A DNA stretch of 64,000 bases, from positions 511 through 64,510 of the IMG/VR virus record IMGVR_UViG_3300032219_000688. One strand, given 5' to 3'. Below the pieces are notes generated by a model that saw only the letters and a list, made by a program, of their open reading frames with translations, made no database searches and was not told where the DNA came from. Each line of letters begins with the position of its first letter. The first letter of the stretch is position 1. Position numbers and translations under genes: made by a program. This document shows positions 10,645 to 19,800 of this stretch, piece by piece. Source of the stretch: a virus. Lineage: Duplodnaviria; Caudoviricetes.

Positions 10645-11318
10645 TAGTAGAATTTGACATAAAAAACATAACAAGTAAACTAAACAATATTGCAAAATAC
10701 TCTATTGGATTTTTAGAAGGTGCTGAAGCAGGTCACCCAAAGTTTATGGATAATTTAGGAAAAACTGTTATAGAATCATTAAAAAACTTTATAGATTCTA
10801 ACGCAAGGGTAAATCCAGAAATACTGCATCACGTTTACGAATGGTACGAGACAGGAAGTCCAGAGGCAAGACTCTTTGACCTTGAATATAGGGTTAATCA
10901 GAATAGCGTTATTTCTTTTAGTTATACTTTTTCTCAATCAAGTTCTTACTCAAATGGTTCTACTAAACCGTTTTACGATAAAGCAACAATTATGGAGAAT
11001 GGCTCTCCAATAACAATTAGACCTAAAGCCAATGGCGTTTTAACTTTTAATGACAATGGAGAACAAGTATTTACTAAAAAGCCAGTTGTAATAGAAAACC
11101 CTGGTGGCACAGAAGTAGAGAATGGTTTTGAAAATACACTAAGAGATTTCTTCAATAACTATTTTAGTCAATCATTTCTTATCTCTAGTGGAATAGGAGA
11201 ACACTTTAAAGATGTAAGAACATATAAGCAAAATTTTGCTGCTGGTTCAAAACAAGGAAAGTCTTTAGGTTTTAGAGTTGGATACGACTGGGTATCTAAA
11301 GGTGGTAGAATAGAATAA
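10641..11318 (+). CDS. Neck/tail completion protein (putative)
   Basis: 225 aa, overlaps both neighbours; call rests on position. Confidence 0.45.
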   Translation: MIVEFDIKNITSKLNNIAKYSIGFLEGAEAGHPKFMDNLGKTVIESLKNFIDSNARVNPEILHHVYEWYETGSPEARLFDLEYRVNQNSVISFSYTFSQSSSYSNGSTKPFYDKATIMENGSPITIRPKANGVLTFNDNGEQVFTKKPVVIENPGGTEVENGFENTLRDFFNNYFSQSFLISSGIGEHFKDVRTYKQNFAAGSKQGKSLGFRVGYDWVSKGGRIE

Positions 11319-11842
11319 TGAGTAAAACATCAATCTTAAATACCCCAGTATTGTGGGTTAACGCCTATTTACAGGAGAAGTTAGAAGACCTTGGCTTTGA
11401 GACAGTTCCGTTCTTTCCAACTACCCCATCTACAATTAACGATGTTACAGAGTTCTTTCCTCCTGGCGGTGTAATGTGCACCTATGACAGAATGATGAGA
11501 ATGCGTAAAAGTTCTTTTCCACACATCAAGTGTGAGCAACTACTTTACTACTTCTATGCCACTGCTGAAAACTCAATTATAAACATGATTAAAGTCACTG
11601 AAAGAGTAAATAGACTTATGGATGGCGAAGACGAAACAGCCCAAGACCTGAATGCTTGGTGTATACAAAAAGGTTCTATCACTGTAGAGGGAGAGGTTTT
11701 GCAACCAAACTTTAGATTTCACAGTTTCAAGGTATTCCAATTACAAGAAACTAGAGATATTATCAACTTTGCATCAGCCAGGACCTATGGCGGTAACAAG
11801 ATAGTCATCTACTATGACTATACAATGGTCGAATTAGAGTAA
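11318..11842 (+). CDS. Tail terminator-like protein (putative)
   Basis: 174 aa, directly upstream of the tail tube gene. Confidence 0.45.
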   Translation: MSKTSILNTPVLWVNAYLQEKLEDLGFETVPFFPTTPSTINDVTEFFPPGGVMCTYDRMMRMRKSSFPHIKCEQLLYYFYATAENSIINMIKVTERVNRLMDGEDETAQDLNAWCIQKGSITVEGEVLQPNFRFHSFKVFQLQETRDIINFASARTYGGNKIVIYYDYTMVELE

Positions 11843-11918
11843 TCCTTAAAACTATGCTATAATTATATAGAGGAAACACCGAACCACAAATTCATAAATG
11901 AAAGATGGTGAAATAAAT

Positions 11919-12686
11919 ATGGCATATACAAGAGGCTCAAACGCTAACATTATCGTTGGTGCTGCTGCATTGTTTGTAACAACAAACACAGCGTCACTAA
12001 CATCAGCAACACGCCCAGGTTTCGTAGATGGTGAATCATACCGTGAATCACTAGCACTACGTCACACAGATAGATTCCGTAACGTTGGTTACACTAACAA
12101 CGGTCTAGAAATCTCATTCGCTCCAGACTTCGGTGAAGTTATGGTAGACCAACTACTTGACACAGCAAAACTGTTCAAGCAGGGAATGAAGGTTACACTA
12201 AAGACAACTCTTGCCGAAGCAACATTGGAGAACCTTCTCCTAGCAGTTGCAGGTAAGACATCTGACTTTGGTGTTCTGAACCTAGGAACATTGTTGGACA
12301 CTGCTCAGTTGGTAAACCCAACTGCTGCTCAGACAACACCGACAGCAAACGTTGGTTCAGTACTACTGACAACAATCCAGACAGCGACACTAAGCACTAA
12401 CACCTTCCTGAACCTAACTTCAGGAGACCTTGGGGACTACCCAATCGAACGTGGTATTATTGCAATCGGTCCAGGAACTGGAAACCTATCAGGTGTGGCT
12501 GGCATCTCTGGCGGAAACGTACTAACAGACCAGGCAGAACGTGTTTACATTGCATACCGTGCTATCTCAATCGATAGCGTAACAGTATCAGCAAAGCGTG
12601 ACTCAGCAACAGCATTCGAAGTATCGTTCCGTCTGCTTCCAGACGACAGCGGTGCTTACGGACAAATCGTTGACAGTTCATACTAA
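11919..12686 (+). CDS. Major tail (tube) protein
   Basis: Likely start MAYTRG at 11919. Motifs NVGYTNNGLEISFAPDFGEVMVDQ and TTLAEATLENL; biased codons; own promoter (11855-11863) and terminator. Confidence 0.85.
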   Translation: MAYTRGSNANIIVGAAALFVTTNTASLTSATRPGFVDGESYRESLALRHTDRFRNVGYTNNGLEISFAPDFGEVMVDQLLDTAKLFKQGMKVTLKTTLAEATLENLLLAVAGKTSDFGVLNLGTLLDTAQLVNPTAAQTTPTANVGSVLLTTIQTATLSTNTFLNLTSGDLGDYPIERGIIAIGPGTGNLSGVAGISGGNVLTDQAERVYIAYRAISIDSVTVSAKRDSATAFEVSFRLLPDDSGAYGQIVDSSY

Positions 12687-12713
12687 AATTAAATAATAAC
12701 TGAATATCGTGAG

Positions 12714-12750
12714 ACTGCCCTGGGTTTACTCCTGGGGCAGTTTCTTTTTT
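12714..12750 (+). terminator. Intrinsic terminator after the tail tube gene
   Basis: 11-bp stem with G-U pairs, ACTGCCCTGGG/CCTGGGGCAGT, followed by TTCTTTTTT. Confidence 0.82.
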
Positions 12751-12764
12751 GGTATACTTAAATA

Positions 12765-13475
12765 ATGCCAACAAACATATATGATATTGAAGAAGTAGAA
12801 TTAGTAGACGGAACTATATTAGAAATTAGTCCATTGAAGATTAAGTTTTTAAAGCAATTTATGGCAAAATTTGATTTAATTAAACAATCTAAAAATGATG
12901 AAGAGTCGATATCTGTGCTTGTAGACTGTGTTCGAATATCGATGAAACAGTTCTATCCAGTTATAAAAACAACAGAAGATGTTGAGGATAATATAGACCT
13001 TCCAACAATATATAAGATTATTGAACTATGTGCTGGAATTAAAATAAACAATGACTCTTCTAACGTTGAGCAGCAGGTTGTAGCAAAACCAAAACAAAAA
13101 GGGGATGGTTGGGAAAGTCTAGACCTTGCAAAACTAGAGTCAGAACTTTTTACTTTAGGGGCTTGGAAAAATTTTGAAGAACTTGAGTCAAGCATATCCA
13201 TGCCAGAACTTATGACAATTTTAGAATCTGTTAGAGAATTAGACTATAATGAAAAGAAGTTCCTCGCTGCTATGCAGGGGGTAGACCTGGACGAAGCCAG
13301 CGGAACAAAAGAAGAAGACCCTTGGGAAGCGATGAAAGCCAGGGTAGCGGCACAAGTTTCTGGTATTGGTAGTGGAGACCCCAATGATATTCTATCTTAT
13401 CAGGGTCAAAAGGCTATGCAAAACGGTTTTGGTATTGGAATGGGTCTTGACTATGAAGTTATTAGTAAATCCTAG
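12765..13475 (+). CDS. Tail assembly chaperone, long (gpGT-like) form encoded in a single frame
   Basis: The N-terminal ~95 aa is paralogous to 13517-13843, followed by an extra ~130-aa domain. Lies between tail tube and TMP. Confidence 0.7.
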   Translation: MPTNIYDIEEVELVDGTILEISPLKIKFLKQFMAKFDLIKQSKNDEESISVLVDCVRISMKQFYPVIKTTEDVEDNIDLPTIYKIIELCAGIKINNDSSNVEQQVVAKPKQKGDGWESLDLAKLESELFTLGAWKNFEELESSISMPELMTILESVRELDYNEKKFLAAMQGVDLDEASGTKEEDPWEAMKARVAAQVSGIGSGDPNDILSYQGQKAMQNGFGIGMGLDYEVISKS

Positions 13476-13516
13476 TTCTTTATGCTATAATTGTTAAGAA
13501 ACCATAAGGAGGATTC

Positions 13517-13843
13517 ATGTCTACAACTATCAACGAAACTAAAACTGTAGAACTATTGGATGGAACAAAAATTAATGTTCGTCCACTAAAAATCTCTCTT
13601 CTTCGCCCTTTTATGACAAAGTTTGAGGGTATTGCAGAAGTAGCAGACAACAACGAGAAGTCAATGACTCTTCTCATGGAGTGTGTACAGATTGCACTAA
13701 AGCAGTACGCTCCAGAACTAGCAACAGACCTGAAGGCACTAGAAGAACTTCTAGACCTTCCAACAGTATACAAGATTGTCGAAGAGGCATCTGGTATTAA
13801 ACTTAGTGAAGCATCACTAATGGGTGGTCTAATCAACGCTTAA
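13517..13843 (+). CDS. Tail assembly chaperone, short (gpG-like) paralog
   Basis: Shares VEL.DGT, PLKI..L..FM.KF and DLPT.YKI.E...GIK with 12765-13475; strong SD AAGGAGG and its own promoter (13483-13491). Confidence 0.72.
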   Translation: MSTTINETKTVELLDGTKINVRPLKISLLRPFMTKFEGIAEVADNNEKSMTLLMECVQIALKQYAPELATDLKALEELLDLPTVYKIVEEASGIKLSEASLMGGLINA

Positions 13844-13857
13844 GCGGTGTGAGTTGA

Positions 13858-16800
13858 ATGGCTGATATCGAATCCAATATAAAAGTAAATATAGATACGT
13901 CAGATGCTCTGGCACAACTAAAACTTTTACAACAACAGATATCAGCCTTTCAGCAAGCAATGAAGAATGCTGGGCAAGCAAATGCTCAAGCCGCTGCTCA
14001 AATGCAGCAAAATCTAGTATCATCAATTAACGCTACTGGTAAATTCAGAGCCAATATTCAGACAATTAAAACAAGTGCTGAATCTTTTACAGAATCCCTA
14101 GAAAAAAATAAACTATCTATTGGAGAATACTTTAGGTATGCTGGTGGGGCATCTAAAACTTTTGGTAAATTATTTAAATCATAATTTGCCACGATTCAGC
14201 AAGTGGCAATTGAACGAGTAAAGCAAGTTCAAACACAATATATTAAACTTGGTCGTGACGCTCAAGGTGCAATGAAGGCTATTGCTGTTAAACCACTAGC
14301 GTTAGATATGAATAGTCTTGCTACAAAAACTCAGATTGCTGCACAAAAACAACAACTCTTTAACCAGTTGATGAAACAAGGTTCAACTCAACTACTAAAC
14401 TTTGGTAAGAATACTCAGTGGGCTGGTCGCCAACTTATGGTTGGTTTTACTATTCCACTTACCTTGCTTGGAACAGCAGCATCAAAAGCATATATGCAAA
14501 TAGAACAGGCTTCTATTAAATTTAAGCGTGTTTATGGAGACCTGAATACTACAACAACAGAAACCAATAAAATGGTTAAGTCTGTGCAAGCACTTGCAAA
14601 TGAATTTACAAAGTATGGTTTGGCAGTTGCAGACACAATGGATATGGCTGCTCAGGCAGCAGCAATGGGTAAAACTGGTGCAGACCTGCTACAGCAAATT
14701 GACCAAGCAGCAAAACTTTCTGTTCTTGGTGGGGTAGACCAATCACAAGCACTAGCAACCACTATTAGCCTAACTGACGCATTCAAGGTTTCTACAGATG
14801 ACCTTAGCAAAAGCATTGACTTCCTAAACGCAGTAGAAAACCAAACTGCTTTGAGCATCGAAGACTTGACAGTTGCTATTCCAAAAGCAGCACCAGTTGT
14901 TCAGCAACTTGGTGGAGATGTAAAGGACCTATCGTTCTTCCTAACAGCAATGAAGGAAGGTGGCATTAACGCATCTGAAGGTGCCAACGCACTTAAGTCT
15001 GGTCTTGCATCTTTGATTAATCCTAGTAAAAAGGCTGCAGAGTTTGTTGGAAATCTTGGTATTAACATTAATGGAATTGTTGAGAGCAATAAGGGAGACA
15101 TCAAGGGAACGGTTATAGGCTTTGCTAAGGCTCTAGATACCCTAGACCCACTAAACCGTGCTCGTGCTATCGAACAGATGTTTGGTAAGTTCCAGTTCTC
15201 TCGTCTGTCAACTCTATTTCAAAACGTAATTGCTGAGGGTAGTCAGGCTCAGACTGTAGCAAGTCTAGCAAACCAGACAACAGAAGAACTAGCCATCCTA
15301 TCAGAACGAGAACTAAAAAGAGTTTCAGACTCTCCAATGTTCAAGTTTCAAAAATCTATTCAGGACATGCAAGCAAAACTTGCTCCTGTTGGTGAAGCAT
15401 TCCTAAAAGCAGTTACTCCAATTGTAGAATTTGTAAGCAAAATCCTAGATGGTTTTAATAATCTTAGTGATGGTGCAAAAAACTTTATAACAATTTTGGT
15501 CACTGTTGTTGGTGGTATTGGACCAGTTCTACTAATGACTTTTGGTCTAATTGCTAACGGTGTAGCAAACATTATGAAACTGTTTACAGGAATGAAGAGT
15601 TTTATAAACAAGACAACAAAGCCATCAGATTTGCTTGGCGAACAAACACAGTACATGAACTCAGAGCAACTTCGTGCAGCCGCTATTGCCGCTTCTCTTG
15701 ACCAAGCACATGCAAAACTGCGTCAAACATTTACATCCGAAGCAGCAGCAGTTCAGCAACTAACCGATGCATATAGAAATGCAGTTCAGGCTCAACAGGC
15801 ATTCTCTGGAGTTCCAGGAGTACCAGTTGGTAATCCAAACGCAACTCCAAAGAAATATGCTAACGGTGTATCTATGGTTCCTGGTCCTGCTGGTGCAGGT
15901 GACATTGTTCCTGCTCTACTATCTCCAGGAGAAGCAGTCATCCCAGCAAAATCTGCACAAAAGTATGCACCAGTTATCCGTGGCATGATTGCTGGAAACC
16001 TTCCAGGATTTGAAGATGGTACACCTGGTGCTGGTATGCGTCAAAGTATGATTGGTCCAATGACTAAAGAACAAATTGATGGTATGGCAAGAACTGGAGC
16101 AAAATTAAAAGATATTAGCGATGAAGTTGCTGCAGGTCCTTATGCTCAAACTCCACCAACTAATTATGGTACACAAATTAGTCCAACTACAGGACATTCG
16201 TTCCCAGCATTTGGAGTTGGTGGGATATATGAAAAACCAGATGGTACTAGAGTATTTGTAAAACCACAGATTGACCTAGTTTCTGCAATGGCAGAAATAA
16301 GAGGAACAACAATTGCTCGTGATGCCCATGGACTTGTATCGCCAGAACAAGCACTTCGTGTAATGATGGACCCAACAGACCCAGAGAATAGAAGAAAATT
16401 CCTTGTTCTTGAATCAGCACTTGATGAAAGAATTGGAAACATTCCAACATCATTTAGCAAAGAAGATTATTTCAAACAACTTGTTGCATCTCTTCTTCGT
16501 GGAGATAAAGACCTTGGAGTTGGAAATCTTGGTGGCAATGTTCTTGCAGACGTTGGTCCTGCTGGAGTATTCCAAAGAGCATCTGGTAAACGTGAACTTG
16601 GTGGCAAAATTAACTCAATGGAAGAGCAAGCCATTATTAACTTGCTTGGTGTAAAGGGCGGTGCTAAGAGATTCTTTGCTGAATCAACAGCAGAGATTGC
16701 TAAGAGCATGAAACCTGGTGAATATGATGCCGCAATGAAGGCAGAGATTCAAGCAGTTATTCCAAAACTACAGGCTACTATTGCTGGTTTTGGAAATCTT

Positions 16801-19800
16801 TCTCCAGAAGAAAAGAAAGCATATGCAGATATGCAGCAAAGACTTCAGGCAGGTATGTCTGTTGATTGGGGTAAGTATCAGGTAATGCATTCCAAAGTAC
16901 CTCCAAAGAAACTTGCTGAAGGTGGATTTGTTGGCATTGAAAACAGTCAGTCATTTGCTCAAAGTTTGATGAGCATGTCTAGTGATGAGATAAAGAAACA
17001 ACTTAATATCAATGACACTCACTTGGTTACCCCAATAGACTTAACAAAGAATCCAGAAGTTCTTGGTCAAATTAGAGATGTGCTTCCAGGAGTAACTAAA
17101 GAAGAACTGCGAGGATTTGAACCAGTATCTAATCTAACAGCACAACTTCCAGCAAATATGAACCAAAAGATGAAAACTCAGGGATATCCTGCTCAAACTT
17201 TTGCTTCAATTTGGAATGGGTTTATTGGCAAGTTATCTAAGAGTGCAACAATTGCTGGAATTGATTTGCCAAGTTCTCAAGTAATTGAAGACGAGTTGGG
17301 TACACAAATTGCTGCCGCTGGAGGAAATATAAATGATGTCAAAATTAGTGAAATTATTGGAGATGTTCTTGGAAAATCTTCAAAAGTTACTGACCTAAAA
17401 GAAACTAAACAAAAACTATACAGTTTAGCACTTAAGGTTGCACAACTTAGAAGCAAGCCAAAGCAACTAAGCCAAACAGGTAATGATTCAATTCATTCAA
17501 TTGTTCTTAGAATGATAAAAGATGGCTCTGCACGATTTAACGACAATGGAACAAGTATTACTAGAACTATTGGAGAAGGAAACGTTACAAGGTTCGGAAC
17601 TTGGGAGTTTGAAGGGGTAGGAACTGGCAAAGAAGATGGAACAATAGAGGACAAAGAAATACGAAGAAGAGCACAGCAAGCGGCTTATGGTCCAACTGGC
17701 TGGGCAACAGTAGGAAACTGGAACGCTCCAATGCCAACAGTAAATCGAAAACTTGTTAAGCCTCAAGACTGGAGTACAGTAACTAATCCTGCAAATTGGA
17801 ATAAGATGACTGCAGAACAGAAGATTCAGTATCTTTCTGCAATACCAGGAACCAATCCAACAACTCTTGGATTTAGAAAACAAGACTATGAACAGGGCTT
17901 TGGAAATAACAAGGGTCCTGCATCAGGATGGTCTTATGACTCTAGTAAACTAAAGGCTGGAATTAAGTGGAGAAATTCAAACCAAGCCATGCAGATGGGG
18001 TATAACGAAATGGCTGCAAATGGAATGATTCCACCAGCAGGACAAAAGTTCTTCAGTGCACTTGCCGCAGGTAAACAAGTTTTGAAGATGGCTAAGGGCG
18101 GAATGGTTCCAGGCTATGCAGAAGGTACACAAAGTGCTGGGAGAACAGGAAAGCCTAAAGCATCAGTATTTGACGTAGACGATACACTACTTGACCTAGC
18201 ATCATTCATGCCAGCACACCAAGAAAGAAACAAGGCTCTACCTAAAGAACAAAGACTTAACTGGTGGGAAGAAGTAGCCAAAAACCCTAAAGGTATTCCT
18301 GCCGCTATTCAAAGATTAAAAGATGCTCAGATGCGTGGTAATAAGATTCTTCTTATGACTGCAAGACCAAAGGCTTATGATGCTGTTACATTGGATACCC
18401 TGCAAAAACTGGGTATTGATACTAAGGGTGTCAAACTAATCTCTAGAGAAAATAAAGATTATCGTAAACCAGAACAGATGAAGTATGACAAAACTTCTAA
18501 GTATATGCAATGGTATGACATCGAAGAGTTCTATGACGATATGGCTAAGACTCGTGGTGCTGTAAGTATTCTAGGCATCAATGCTATTAATCCTCTTAAA
18601 CTTGCTAAGGGTGGAGTTATACCTGGATATTCTGGAGGAACTCCAGGAGCAGTTCCAGCACCACAAGAAGCATTACTTTCTAGACTTGGACAGTATCGTT
18701 CTCAAATAGTTGGTTCAGATACTAGGTCATTAACAAAATATGAGTCAGTTCTTAAACTTCATAGAGATGGACAATATACTGAAGCATATAAGACAGCAAT
18801 GGACTTATTTGAATATCTTGCTTCTGTAGATGAAAAGCGTGTGGTTCATCCAGGACTACAAAAGAGTGGTCTAAAAATGGAACAAGTTTATCCAGACCTA
18901 TACGCATATGAAGATGCTATTGCTGCTTTTAAGAAGGGTGGCGGAACAGAAAAGGTCATTGAGTGGGAAGAGACTTTGCCTATTGAACTTGCTAAGGGCG
19001 GAATCATTCCTGGATATGCTAAGGGAACAGATAAAGCAGATAAACCAAAACTAAAAGTAATTAATCCTGCAGGAGTTTCAAGGTATCTAGGAATTGTTAA
19101 AAAGATTACTGATAACACGATGGGTCAAACTATAAAAGATTTAGGAATGACTCCAGGACAAGAAAAATATCTGTGGAAGTTGTTTATGGATAATCCAGAA
19201 GCAGCAATGCCATATTTAGCAAAATTTACAACTCGTGCTGCAAAACCTTCTTTTGTTGGTCCAGGAAGAGGAATTTCTAAAATAAATCAGGATGAAGTTT
19301 TAAAAATCGCTAGAGAAAAAGGACTTAAAGGTGCTGATAAAGCAACAACTGGTTATGGATTTTCTGGTAAATTAGGACTTGATTATAGACCAACAGAAGA
19401 CCAACTTTTAAAAGATTTAGTAAATGTTATTTTACCAAATGCACAAGGACAATCAAAATTAGAAATTCAAAGATTAAATCAGTTAAGAAAATTAGTTAAG
19501 CCTTATGAAAAAGACCCATCAAAGATGCCAGGTGGTATTAAAGCAGCATTACAAGATATGTTTGCTATTCACAGAAGTCAATCTAAAAATCAAAAAGCGG
19601 TTCCAGCAGGTAAGGTTAAAAGTCAATTTAACATGTTTGCTGATGGACCACTAGAAGGTCCTGGATTATACACATCTGCAACATTAAAAATATCTGACCA
19701 AAAATGGAGTGATTATGCTGGAGACAATCTGTATAGACAATCGTATTCTCCAGGGGCTTGGAATCAACTTTTAAAAAGCAAAGGATATGCTGATGATGCT

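Noticed and set aside
13085-13110. Slippery sequence AAAAAGGGG in the long tail chaperone gene
   Set aside because: In the reading frame it is A AAA GGG, which does not fit X XXY YYZ for tandem -1 slippage. No frameshift is needed because the long form is already in one frame.
17005-17175. HNH-like pattern (THLVTP...SNLTAQLPANMNQK) in TMP module 2
   Set aside because: Only a loose H...NL...N spacing with a long, atypical insert; too weak to call without a profile search.
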